Shown: in pieces, positions 1 through 9,579 of the stretch
Position numbering within the stretch: position 1 is the stretch's first letter
Layout of the letters: each line of letters opens with the position of its first letter
Assembly: GCA_029856045.1 (NCBI GenBank)
Contig: JAHQWG010000033.1
Location: 1-64,000 of the forward strand
Direction of reading: 5' to 3'
DNA: 64,000 nt
Source of the DNA: Promethearchaeia archaeon
Lineage (GTDB): Archaea; Asgardarchaeota; Lokiarchaeia; Sigyniarchaeales; SOKP01
Notes under the pieces: generated by a model
What the model saw: only the letters and a program-made list of their open reading frames with translations
The model's database searches: none
Told to the model about the DNA's origin: nothing
Position numbers and translations under genes: made by a program

Positions 1-511
1 TACCTGTAGGTGTTGCACCGATTAATATAATCTCTGGTTTATGCTCAATAATTAATTCAGTTAAAGTTTTTACATATAAATCTGAATAATAATCTTTCAA
101 GATAGATGATTTGATGTATATAATTTCATCTGCTCCATATTGACTAAATTCTTCTAAATTATTATCGAAATTTGCCCCTAATATAACAAGGGATAAATTT
201 ACTTCTAATATATCTGCTAATTCCCGTCCTTTTCCTAATAATTGAAAAGCAACATTAAGGATTTTATTATTGAAATGTTCTGCTATAACCCACACTCCTC
301 TATATTGAGTTATATCCATTTTTTCAACTTTTAATTCTTCTCGTTCTAAAATTATTGCTTCAACGGGACATGCATCAACACAAGCTCCACATAAATTACA
401 TTCATCTGTTATCTGAGCTATATCGTCTATCATTTCGATCCCACTATATAGACAAATGTTAACACAACTTCCACAGCCAGTACAAAGTTCCTTATCTATT
501 CTTATACTCAT
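1..511 (-). CDS. etfA: Electron transfer flavoprotein alpha subunit with N-terminal 2x[4Fe-4S] ferredoxin domain (runs off the window edge)
   Basis: Manual translation from ATG 511: MSIRIDKELCTGCGSCVNIC...CNLCGACVDACP...GVWVIAEH...ELLGKGRELAD-like segment...IILIGATPTG; directly downstream of etfB. Confidence 0.9.
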   Translation of the reverse strand, partial: MSIRIDKELCTGCGSCVNICLYSGIEMIDDIAQITDECNLCGACVDACPVEAIILEREELKVEKMDITQYRGVWVIAEHFNNKILNVAFQLLGKGRELADILEVNLSLVILGANFDNNLEEFSQYGADEIIYIKSSILKDYYSDLYVKTLTELIIEHKPEIILIGATPTG

Positions 512-523
512 TTTCCCCCCCAA

Positions 524-1330
524 TCATAGGATTTTATCTTCTTTTAAATTTTCACATAAATTTTGGACCATTTCTTCTATTGTACCAGTCAATATGATGT
601 GTTCTCCTTTTCTTTCTGGAATAAAGATTTTCCAAACCTGCGTCATAGAGCCATCTAACCCTATTTTTACTTTATCTGCTTTCAATCTTTCTGCATCTAA
701 ATAATGAATTTCTCTTTTTTGATACGCATCCACAATTCCAGACATAGTTGGCTCTCGAGGTGTATTTATTTCGCTTAAAACGGAAATTAATACTGGTAAT
801 TCAGTTTCTATTACTACAACTTCTTCTTTTCTGAATACTCTTTCAGCAATAACTTTATCTCCTTTAATTTGGAATTTATACACATAAGTTATTTGGGGTA
901 TATCTAATTCTTCTGCTAATTCTGGTCCTACCTGGCCTGTATCTCCATCAATAGCTTGGGATCCACAGATAACGATATATTTTTCATCTTTTTTCAACTC
1001 TTTTAATATCTTTTTAATCGCGAGTGACAAAGTGTAAGACGTAGCTAATGTGTCTGCACCAGCAAAAGCTTTATCGGTTAAAAGGAAAGCCCTATCAACA
1101 CCCATAGCAAGTGCTTCCCGCAAAGCTTCTTCAGTCTGAGGTGGCCCCATTGAAATTGCCATGATTTCAGCTCCATGTTTTTCCTTTATTGACAAGGCTA
1201 ATTCAATGGCATTTTTATCATGAGGGTTTATAATTGATGGTATTCCTTCTCTTACCAAAGTATTTGCCTTTGGATCAATTTTTACCTCTGATACTCCAGG
1301 TACTTGCTTAATACAAACGAAAATTTTCAT
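524..1330 (-). CDS. etfB: Electron transfer flavoprotein beta subunit
   Basis: MKIFVCIKQVP, NPHD, ADTLATS, GSQAIDGDTGQVGP motifs. Confidence 0.95.
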   Translation of the reverse strand: MKIFVCIKQVPGVSEVKIDPKANTLVREGIPSIINPHDKNAIELALSIKEKHGAEIMAISMGPPQTEEALREALAMGVDRAFLLTDKAFAGADTLATSYTLSLAIKKILKELKKDEKYIVICGSQAIDGDTGQVGPELAEELDIPQITYVYKFQIKGDKVIAERVFRKEEVVVIETELPVLISVLSEINTPREPTMSGIVDAYQKREIHYLDAERLKADKVKIGLDGSMTQVWKIFIPERKGEHIILTGTIEEMVQNLCENLKEDKIL

Positions 1331-1659
1331 TTAAACACGTCTTCACAAAAAACTTTTTACAATTATTATTCTTGTAATATTAATTGTCTTAAAAATGTGA
1401 TTCTAATACTTTATGAAATTTAATAAAGTCGTAATAACGGTAAAGAAATTTAAACAAATGAAATTTGATGGAAAACATAGATAGGTTCTATTTCAAATTG
1501 TGTTTATAACATTTTTAATAAAGTGGGATTTTTTTGGGCAATTTTTTAATATTTTTCTTTCAATCTTTTAACTTAAAATTTACAAAAAAAGATAAAAATA
1601 AGATAAACCTAGTTAAGTTCATTAAAAATTAATATTTCTAATTTATAAAATACTCGTCT

Positions 1660-2814
1660 TTAAAAACCTTTCCTTAATATACGACTAGCTATAACTAATC
1701 TCTGTATTTCGCTTGTGCCCTCATATATTTCACCCATTTTTGCATCCCTAAAATATCTCTCTACTGGATAAGCCTTCATTAAACCATATCCCCCATGTAT
1801 TTGAACAGCATCATGGGTTGCCTGCATTGCGGCTTCAGAGGCAATAAGTTTTGCCATTGAGCTAGCTATCTCATAATCTTGGCCATTATCACATAAATAT
1901 GCAGCTTTATAAGTTAATAATCGACCAGATTCAATAGCACATGCCATATCAGCAATTTTCCACTGAATACCTTGAAACCTTCCGATTTTTTTTCCAAATT
2001 GTTCCCTTTCATTTGCATATTTAACTGAAGCTTCTAATGCTGCTTGCCCCAATCCAACGCACTGAGCTGCAATTGATATCCGCCCAAAATCCAGTATTTT
2101 TAAAGAGAGCCGAAGACCATCTCCAATTTTACCTAAGATATTTTCTTGAGGTACACGAACATCTTGAAATACAAGTTCGGAAGTATTTGAACCGCGAACT
2201 CCCAATTTATCTTCTTTTACACCCACTGAATAACCAGGAGTGTTTGTATCTACAATAAAAATTGTTAAATTCCTTTTTTCACCTTTTTCTCCTGTATTCG
2301 CAACAACAAGCAATATCTTTGCTATTCCACCATTTGTATTAAAAATTTTGCTACCATTTAAAATCCATTCATCTCCATCTAATACTGCGCTTAATTGGAC
2401 CCCTCCAACATCTGAGCCTGCATTGGCTTCAGTTAAAGCAAATGTCCCTAATTTTTCACCTTTTGCAAGTGGAATTAAAAATTTTTGTTTTTGTTCTTCC
2501 GTTCCATATCTATATATAGGAGCTGCAACCACACTACAATGAACACCTGTTGTTATGGACCAAGAAGCATCAATACGCCCAATCTCTTCTGTTATAATAC
2601 AAAAACTTAATGTATCATCATGTAATCCTGCTCCACCATATTCTTTTGGAATACAAGTACCAAAAAAATTCATTTCTTTCATCTTTTCGAAAACATCTTG
2701 ATTTAATTCTTGTTTTTGATCACTTTCTTCTGCTATAGGAGCAATATACTTTTCCGCAAATTCCCGGGTTGTTTTTTGGATCATTTTTTGTTTTTCAGTT
2801 AGTGAAAAATCCAT
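1660..2814 (-). CDS. Acyl-CoA dehydrogenase (short/branched-chain type)
   Basis: FALTEANAGSD, R-x-QFG, IYEGTSEIQR motifs; start ATG 2814 (MDFSL) preferred over 2823/2826. Confidence 0.93.
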   Translation of the reverse strand: MDFSLTEKQKMIQKTTREFAEKYIAPIAEESDQKQELNQDVFEKMKEMNFFGTCIPKEYGGAGLHDDTLSFCIITEEIGRIDASWSITTGVHCSVVAAPIYRYGTEEQKQKFLIPLAKGEKLGTFALTEANAGSDVGGVQLSAVLDGDEWILNGSKIFNTNGGIAKILLVVANTGEKGEKRNLTIFIVDTNTPGYSVGVKEDKLGVRGSNTSELVFQDVRVPQENILGKIGDGLRLSLKILDFGRISIAAQCVGLGQAALEASVKYANEREQFGKKIGRFQGIQWKIADMACAIESGRLLTYKAAYLCDNGQDYEIASSMAKLIASEAAMQATHDAVQIHGGYGLMKAYPVERYFRDAKMGEIYEGTSEIQRLVIASRILRKGF

Positions 2815-2967
2815 AATAATCATCAATTTTTTATTTTTTTAAATAATTCTTATTATTTATACTAATTTAAACAATTAAATAATTTAATAAATAATTCTAA
2901 TTAAATTTAGTAGGTTGATTTTTATGACCAAACTTATATATTCAGAAAATTCCATAATTCATTAATT

Positions 2968-3777
2968 ATGAGTGATGATAAACAGCATTTTAAGGTTTCG
3001 AAACATAAAGATTATTTGTATGTAATTAAAGAAAATATCTCTGTTGTTCATCCAGCTTATAGAAATGATCCTCTTAATATGTACTTACTTCTGGGAACTC
3101 ATACTGCTCTTTTACTTGATACCGGATGTGGATTATATCCTCTAAAACCAGTCGTAGATGAGCTAATAGGTGAAAGAAATTTATTAGTTTTCAATACTCA
3201 TGCCCATTGGGATCATGTTTTAGGAAATGAAGAATTTGGAGAAGTTTACATTCATACAAAAGAAGTTAATTTTATTTCTATACCTTACGATATGTCTTAT
3301 TTGAAAGATTCTCCATGCGAAATTGTAAAAAAGTATGAGGATAAACACTTTTTAATTTCTCCAGCACAAAATATCAATACATTAAAAGATGGAGACGTCT
3401 TTAACTTAGGAGAAATAAATGTTAAAATAATTCATACTCCAGGACATTCTCCCGGTTCAATATGTTTGCTTACAAGCACAGGAGAACTTTTTACGAGTGA
3501 TGTAGCTTATTATGGAGATCAATTTTTACCTAAAAGAAAATATTTACCAAAAGTTCTCATAACTCTTTCTAAATTGATAGAATTATGTGAAAAACAAAAA
3601 GATCTTGAACTCTATCCATCACATAGAAAAACTCCATGTGATAAGACACTTTTAACGGATCTTTACAATGGAATTAAAAATATAGAGAATCTATGGGATA
3701 CTAAGAAAGCTTTTGATTTTTTTTATGCATGGCAGATTGATGATAATAAATTTAGATATTATATCTCTAGATTGTAA
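2968..3777 (+). CDS. Metallo-beta-lactamase fold hydrolase
   Basis: THAHWDH, TPGHSPG motifs. Confidence 0.88.
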   Translation: MSDDKQHFKVSKHKDYLYVIKENISVVHPAYRNDPLNMYLLLGTHTALLLDTGCGLYPLKPVVDELIGERNLLVFNTHAHWDHVLGNEEFGEVYIHTKEVNFISIPYDMSYLKDSPCEIVKKYEDKHFLISPAQNINTLKDGDVFNLGEINVKIIHTPGHSPGSICLLTSTGELFTSDVAYYGDQFLPKRKYLPKVLITLSKLIELCEKQKDLELYPSHRKTPCDKTLLTDLYNGIKNIENLWDTKKAFDFFYAWQIDDNKFRYYISRL

Positions 3778-3946
3778 TAAATTCAGATACAACTACAAAT
3801 ATTTGATTGAAATCTTAGAATCCACTTTTACACAATTTTTGTCAAATAATTAAACTGAGTTTAAAAGATTAAATTTTTTAGTTGTTTATAATAATTATAT
3901 TTAGTTAGATAAAAATTAATTTATAATAAAATTTCGTGATTATTTA

Positions 3947-5620
3947 ATGTTTGATGAGAACTACCTTAAAAAGATTAAAGAAAGGAAGCAAGAATGGGAT
4001 AAAAAACTTGAAAATACAAAAGAACGTGATATAAAATTTATCACGGATTCAGGAATTCCAATTAAAAATTTATATACTCCATTAGATGTAAAGAGCAATT
4101 ATTTAGAGAATTTAGGTTTTCCTGGGAACACTCCTTATACCAGAGGAGTATATCCGAACATGTACAGAGGACGATTATGGACTATGAGATTGTTTTCAGG
4201 GCATGGGACACCTGAAGAGACTAATAAGAGATGGAAGTTTTTATATTCTCATGGAGAAACAGGATTTAGTGCAGCTGTTGATGCCTTAACATTTAATGGT
4301 ATAGATCCAACTAATCCTGACGGAGATGCAGAAGTTGGAACATCTGGAGTTCCATTATATTGTATTGACAGCATGTTTGCCCTTACAGAAGGATTACCAA
4401 TTGATAAAGTAAGTGTTGCATTAATAGTTGAACCCTTTACATCAGCACCTGTATGTGCAATGTATTATAATATGGCAAAAATGCGCGGACTTGATATTAA
4501 AACATTGATGGGAACAACACAAAATGATATCTTAACAATGACAGTTGGATATGTTCCTTATAAAAATGTAAATCCTTATCATATTCTTCGATTAGCTTGT
4601 GATTTAATTGAGTGGTGTGTACCACAAAAGAATGTCCCAAGGTGGCATCCTATTAATTTTACGGGATATAATTATAGGGAAGGTGGAATTGATGCAATTC
4701 AAGAATTAGGGTTTGTATTTGCAAGTGCATGTTCTCATATTGATAATTTAATTGAGAGAGGTTGGAAAGTTGATGATTTTGTTAACCGTCTTGCATTTCA
4801 TCTCTCAGCTCATAAGGATTTCTTTGAAGAAATAGCTAAATATCGGGCAGCTAGACGGATTTGGTATAAATTAATAAAAGATCGATACGAAGCAAAAAAT
4901 CCCAGATCCATGGAATTTAGGTTTCATGTTCAAACTGCTGGAAGTTCCTTAACTGCGCAATCCCCTAATGTAAATATAGTAAGAACAACAATTCAAGCTT
5001 TAGAAGCAGCATTAGGCGGAGTCCAATCACTCCACACAAATTCTTACGATGAAGCAATTTGCTTGCCTTCTAAAGAAGCAGTTTTACTTGCATTAAGAAC
5101 CCAACAAGTAATACAGGATGAAACAAGAGTTCCAAATACTATTGATCCATTAGCGGGTTCTTATTTTATCGAGTGGCTAACCGATGAACTCGAAGAAAGA
5201 GTGTGGTCTTATATAGATAAAATTGAAAAAGTTGGTAATATTGCGAAAGCATTAGATACAGGTTGGTTATATAAGGAAATGAGAGATGCTTTTATGCGTA
5301 GGCAAAATCGTATCGAAAAAGGAGAAGAAATTGTACTTGGAGTCAACAAATTTCCAGTTCCTTATGATCAAACAACAACTGTATTTAGGACCAATAAGGA
5401 AGCAGTAAAAATTGAACAAGAAAGGATTATAAACTTGCGAAAGCGGCGAGATAACGCTAAATTAGAAACCCTTTTTGATAAATTACGAAAAGTATGTGAA
5501 AAAGAAGAGAATGTAATGCCCATTATGATGGAAATAACAAAAGAAGGAGCAACAGTTGGTGAAATTTGCGATGTTTATCGCGAAGTTTGGGGAATCTGGG
5601 AGCCCCCAATTGCTATTTAA
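3947..5620 (+). CDS. B12-dependent acyl-CoA mutase large (substrate-binding) subunit, MCM/ICM family
   Basis: PYTRGVYPNMYRGRLWTMR, TQNDIL, FFEEIAKYRAARR, QSLHTNSYDEA motifs. Confidence 0.93.
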   Translation: MFDENYLKKIKERKQEWDKKLENTKERDIKFITDSGIPIKNLYTPLDVKSNYLENLGFPGNTPYTRGVYPNMYRGRLWTMRLFSGHGTPEETNKRWKFLYSHGETGFSAAVDALTFNGIDPTNPDGDAEVGTSGVPLYCIDSMFALTEGLPIDKVSVALIVEPFTSAPVCAMYYNMAKMRGLDIKTLMGTTQNDILTMTVGYVPYKNVNPYHILRLACDLIEWCVPQKNVPRWHPINFTGYNYREGGIDAIQELGFVFASACSHIDNLIERGWKVDDFVNRLAFHLSAHKDFFEEIAKYRAARRIWYKLIKDRYEAKNPRSMEFRFHVQTAGSSLTAQSPNVNIVRTTIQALEAALGGVQSLHTNSYDEAICLPSKEAVLLALRTQQVIQDETRVPNTIDPLAGSYFIEWLTDELEERVWSYIDKIEKVGNIAKALDTGWLYKEMRDAFMRRQNRIEKGEEIVLGVNKFPVPYDQTTTVFRTNKEAVKIEQERIINLRKRRDNAKLETLFDKLRKVCEKEENVMPIMMEITKEGATVGEICDVYREVWGIWEPPIAI

Positions 5621-5637
5621 ATAATGAGGTGTAAAGT

Positions 5638-6068
5638 GTGAATGAGAAGAAAATAAGAGTTTTAATGTCCAAGCCCGGCATAGATTTATTCTAAAGTTCT
5701 TAGGATAAAATGTTTACGGGCATTGGCGAGGTGGCGTGGTTGTTTCAAGAGGTTTAAGAGATGCTGGTATGGAAGTGATATTTGGAGGGTTTCAAAATGT
5801 CGAACAAATCGTTGAGTCTGCGATTAGTGAAGATGTTGATGTTATTGGTTTAAGTATGCATTCAGGGGCTCACTTAGCATATACTGAGAGAGTTATAAAT
5901 CTCCTAAAAGAAAAAGGTGTAAAAGACCACTTTTTAATACTTGTAGGTGGTGTAATTCCTGTGAAAGATTTTCTCGTATTAAAAGAAATGGGTGTAGCAA
6001 ATGTCTATGGTCCTGGAACTGTCGTAAGAGATATAGTCAAATTTATTGTAGAAAATATCAAAAAATAA
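5638..6068 (+). CDS. Acyl-CoA mutase small (cobalamin-binding) subunit, split by a 32-nt intron; join(5638..5683,5716..6068) gives 132 aa
   Basis: SD GAGGTG 5626-5631, GTG 5638; exon 1 MNEKKIRVLMSKPGI and exon 2 ...GHWRGGVVVSRGLRDAG; splicing restores I-D-G-H-W-R-G (DxHxxG); also GLSMHSG and VGGVIP motifs. Confidence 0.9.
5684..5715 (+). other. Bulge-helix-bulge (BHB) archaeal-type intron in mRNA
   Basis: Exon helix GCCCG(5673-77)/CGGGC(5717-21); central 4-bp helix GCAU(5678-81)/AUGU(5710-13); 3-nt bulges AGA(5682-84) and UUA(5714-16); 10-bp intron stem 5685-94/5700-09; cutting after the 2nd bulge nucleotide restores the frame and an Asp codon. Confidence 0.88.
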
Positions 6069-6143
6069 TGGTTAATGATTAAGAATAATTGATTCTTATT
6101 CTAATTAAAAAAGAATAAACGATATATTTGGTGTTATTTTTAT

Positions 6144-7118
6144 TTGAAGCGAAATTATGACATTGATGTTTTAATTGAGAAATTTAAAAAAAAGGATAAA
6201 ATTGCTTTAGCAAGGCTTATAACTCTTGTTGAAAATAATCCTGAAACCACTACCAACATATTTAATAACTTTAATGGTTCAGAAAAAGATTCTTATATTA
6301 TTGGGATAACTGGGTCTCCAGGTGTGGGAAAAAGCACTTTAGTTAATGCTCTTTCAAAGATTTTATTGGAAAGTGGAAAGTCAATCGGAATTATTTCTGT
6401 AGATCCAACCTCACCCTTTACTGGAGGAGCTTTTTTAGGAGATAGAGTAAGGATGACAGACGTTTCTTTACATCCAAATATATTTATACGGAGTCTTGCA
6501 TCGAGAGGTTATAAAGGTGGTATTTCAAGAGCTGTTTTTGACATAAGCTTATTGTATGAAGCTTTCGGAATGGATTTTATCATAATTGAAACAGTAGGTG
6601 TAGGTCAATCCGAATTTGACATATATAATTTGGCTTATACTACAGTTGTTATAATGGTTCCTGGGTATGGTGACTCAATTCAGATACAAAAAGCCGGAAT
6701 AATTGAAGTTGGAGATATTTATGTTGTAAATAAAAAAGATTTGGGGGGGGAAGATATTGTTGTGCAAATGGAAATGATGCTTGATGATGCAACTATCCAA
6801 AGTGGTTGGAGAGCACCGGTTGTAATGACAAATTCTATTACCGGAGAAGGAGTCAATTCTTTAATTGAAAAGATAATGGATCATAAAGAACACCTCGAGC
6901 TTTCTGAATTACTGAAAGAAAAGAAAAAACATAGATTTGCATATAAAATAGAAGAATTACTATCATCCAAAATAGGAAAGGTTCTAGAAAGTCTAATAAG
7001 TAAAGATGATCTAAATAAAATTTCTAATTCTGTTTTACAAGGTAAAAAGTTTAAAATTTATGATATGGTTCACCATTTATTTAGTAATGTAAAATTTGAA
7101 ATGAAAAAATCAGATTAA
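6144..7118 (+). CDS. meaB: MeaB/ArgK family G-protein chaperone of B12 mutases
   Basis: GITGSPGVGKST, VDPTSPFTGGAFLGDRVRM, IETVGVGQSE, NKKD; follows the mutase genes. Confidence 0.93.
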   Translation: MKRNYDIDVLIEKFKKKDKIALARLITLVENNPETTTNIFNNFNGSEKDSYIIGITGSPGVGKSTLVNALSKILLESGKSIGIISVDPTSPFTGGAFLGDRVRMTDVSLHPNIFIRSLASRGYKGGISRAVFDISLLYEAFGMDFIIIETVGVGQSEFDIYNLAYTTVVIMVPGYGDSIQIQKAGIIEVGDIYVVNKKDLGGEDIVVQMEMMLDDATIQSGWRAPVVMTNSITGEGVNSLIEKIMDHKEHLELSELLKEKKKHRFAYKIEELLSSKIGKVLESLISKDDLNKISNSVLQGKKFKIYDMVHHLFSNVKFEMKKSD

Positions 7119-7272
7119 AATATTCTAAATTCCTCCCTTATTCCGTTATTGACAACTCTGGAAATCTTTTTTCCATTGTTATTTGTGACTCGCATCCGCT
7201 TACTTTTTCCATCAATATCTAATTATGTTTTATTTATTTTATTGGATGTAAATATAAAATGTTATAAAAGTG

Positions 7273-7294
7273 CACCTTAAAACTTTATAAGGTG
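7273..7294. promoter_or_regulatory. Palindromic operator candidate overlapping a TATA-like box
   Basis: CACCTTAAAA-CT-TTATAAGGTG (arms match at 9 of 10 positions); contains TTTATAA; upstream of the 7348 gene. Confidence 0.45.
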
Positions 7295-7347
7295 AATCAA
7301 TTGTAGATTATCAAGGAATTTTCATAAGAAAAAATGGTGTGTTATAA

Positions 7348-7941
7348 TTGGAGGAAGAAAAATGTAATAAATTAACAAAAATAAAAGATTTCTTTTTGAA
7401 ATTCTCAGGTTATTTTATTCTACTCTTACAATATGTACCTACTACTTCAATTTGGTTTGGAATCATGAGTTTACCACTAATTGGATATTTGACATTTTTC
7501 TTCATAAATCCTAGTATAGCATGGAAAGATTTTCTCTTTTTTATTTCATCACCTGAATTCTACTTAACAATTTTTGGAATGATTGTTTTTCTTTATTCGT
7601 TGATTCATTTAATTCGAAATAGAAAAGATGGATTAATAAAAACGGGATTTTATAAATATATACGACATCCTCAATACCTTGGAATAATAATTATGACATT
7701 AGGACTTACTTTATTTTGCGTTCGAGCAACATCACCGGTTAGTATAATATCCGGAATCATGGTAGATTTTTCAGGGATATTATTTATATGGATTGCAGAG
7801 GTATTACTTTATATCATTTTAGGTAAGATTGAAGATCTATCGTTGAAAGCAAAATTTGGAGGAGAATTTTTAGAATATGCAGAAAAAGTTTCATTTATGC
7901 TCCCATTCATAAATGTATTTAAAGCAAGAACTGGAAAGTAA
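7348..7941 (+). CDS. Isoprenylcysteine carboxyl methyltransferase/PEMT-like membrane protein
   Basis: LIKTGFYKYIRHPQYLG motif, IEDxxLxxKFGxEFxxY, several TM helices. Confidence 0.75.
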   Translation: MEEEKCNKLTKIKDFFLKFSGYFILLLQYVPTTSIWFGIMSLPLIGYLTFFFINPSIAWKDFLFFISSPEFYLTIFGMIVFLYSLIHLIRNRKDGLIKTGFYKYIRHPQYLGIIIMTLGLTLFCVRATSPVSIISGIMVDFSGILFIWIAEVLLYIILGKIEDLSLKAKFGGEFLEYAEKVSFMLPFINVFKARTGK

Positions 7942-7986
7942 ACTCAACTAAACATAAAATATATTAAGATAAATAGATTTAAAGTT

Positions 7987-8760
7987 TTGAAATTTTTTCT
8001 TATTGAAGTTAAAAAAAAAGATATTTACTTAAAAAGTATGAAAGAATTAAATATAAAGGAAAATTCCCGCAAATTATACCTTTTAAAAATTATTGTAATA
8101 ATCTCAATAATAATTCTACTATCTCTCTTATTATCCATCAAAATTACATCAATTCTCGATGTATTTGGTATTGAAATAACTATTTTTGATTGGTTCTTTA
8201 TTATATTCTTATTAATTCCAATAATATTCTTAATTTCAATTTCTATCTCAATAACTTTTAATCAATTTAAAGATTATTTAAAAAGGAAAACAGTTCCATT
8301 ACAACTTAACTATTATCTTTCGTTTAATGATATATTTGAAAATGAAAATCGCAAAAAAATTATAAATCAAATCCTTGAAAAACCAGGTATTCATAATAAT
8401 GAACTTCTTCGACAATGTAATTTACAAAAAGGACAATTACAATGGCATTTACATGTATTAATGCGATACGGAATAATTAGAAAGGAAAAAATTGGCCAAT
8501 ATGTTGTTTTTTTTCCTAATATTGTAAATCTAAAAGAGAATGATGATTCCCATGTATTTCTTTTAAAATCAAAAACTTCTTTAAAAATTTTAGATATTAT
8601 CGAAAAGAATCCAGGAATTTTTTCTAGTAAAATTGCTCGTCAATTAAATTTAAAAAGGAGTTCTGTAAAATATCATATCGATAAATTATTTGAAAAAAAT
8701 TTAATTTCCCTTAAAAGAATAGGTCGTAAAATTTCCTTATTTCCAAATCAAAATAGTTAA
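7987..8760 (+). CDS. Membrane-anchored tandem winged-HTH transcriptional regulator (probable start ATG 8038)
   Basis: Two N-terminal TM segments, then two wHTH repeats (NRKKII...PGIH..EL; ILDIIEKNPGI...IARQL...VKYHI). Confidence 0.75.
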   Translation: MKFFLIEVKKKDIYLKSMKELNIKENSRKLYLLKIIVIISIIILLSLLLSIKITSILDVFGIEITIFDWFFIIFLLIPIIFLISISISITFNQFKDYLKRKTVPLQLNYYLSFNDIFENENRKKIINQILEKPGIHNNELLRQCNLQKGQLQWHLHVLMRYGIIRKEKIGQYVVFFPNIVNLKENDDSHVFLLKSKTSLKILDIIEKNPGIFSSKIARQLNLKRSSVKYHIDKLFEKNLISLKRIGRKISLFPNQNS

Positions 8761-9437
8761 GGTAATGGTTTCTCCTTTTCTATATCTGCAGGATCATGTC
8801 CTTTATCTAACTGCTCAAACCACCATTTATCAGTAGATATTATTTCTTTTGCCTTTTCTAATACAATTTCAATATTTTTTTGATTTACAATAACAACACC
8901 ATTAATATCTCCAAATATAAGATCTCCAAGATTAATCATTCTTCCACCACATTTAATGGGTTTCATTATAGAATCCATATCAATAATCATTCGACCACGA
9001 ATTGAAGAACAAATAACCCCTCTGGCAAATATAGGAAATTTTAGGGAAATTACCTGTGCCATATCACGTATAGGTCCATCAACAAGTCCTCCTTTAAACC
9101 CAAATCCTTGGAGAATTCTGCTAGTGCTCTGACCCAATCCTGCTGCAATCATTTGACCAGACATATCAACACACATGATGGGAAAATTCGGAATTTGTTT
9201 CATAAATTTAACCAATCGAGCAATGACATTTCTATCTAGTGGTTCATCAGACAAAACCATTTTCATTGTTCCTGCAAATCCAACAATCCTTGCACCAGGC
9301 CACATAGGTCTAATTCCTGCATCAAGAAAACCTGGCTCTAATCCTAATTCATCAATAGCGTCTGATACTGCGCAAGTATATAACTTTGAGTATTCATTTA
9401 TAATATATTCCATTTTTTCTTTATTCATGATTCTCAC
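8757..9437 (-). CDS. RraA/HMG-aldolase family protein
   Basis: AVSDAID, VDGPIRD, GDLIFGDINGVV motifs. Confidence 0.85.
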   Translation of the reverse strand: MRIMNKEKMEYIINEYSKLYTCAVSDAIDELGLEPGFLDAGIRPMWPGARIVGFAGTMKMVLSDEPLDRNVIARLVKFMKQIPNFPIMCVDMSGQMIAAGLGQSTSRILQGFGFKGGLVDGPIRDMAQVISLKFPIFARGVICSSIRGRMIIDMDSIMKPIKCGGRMINLGDLIFGDINGVVIVNQKNIEIVLEKAKEIISTDKWWFEQLDKGHDPADIEKEKPLP

Positions 9438-9579
9438 TCATTAAAGATTTATTTAATATATGTAAAAAAATATCCTAATAATGATATTATTTTGATTATA
9501 ATCCATATAAAATTAATATTTAATACAAAAAATAAAATTATATAATAAAATAAACATAATTTTTGAATGAAAATATGAA

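Noticed and set aside
5684-5715. Insert as a sequencing error, MITE or simple duplication
   Set aside because: No target-site duplication or tandem copy is present, and pairing with both exons gives exact BHB geometry with frame-restoring cut sites.
7120-7230. Slightly GC-richer spacer with short minus-strand ORFs (24-35 codons)
   Set aside because: No SD, motif or convincing C/D or hairpin structure; it may be a gene remnant.
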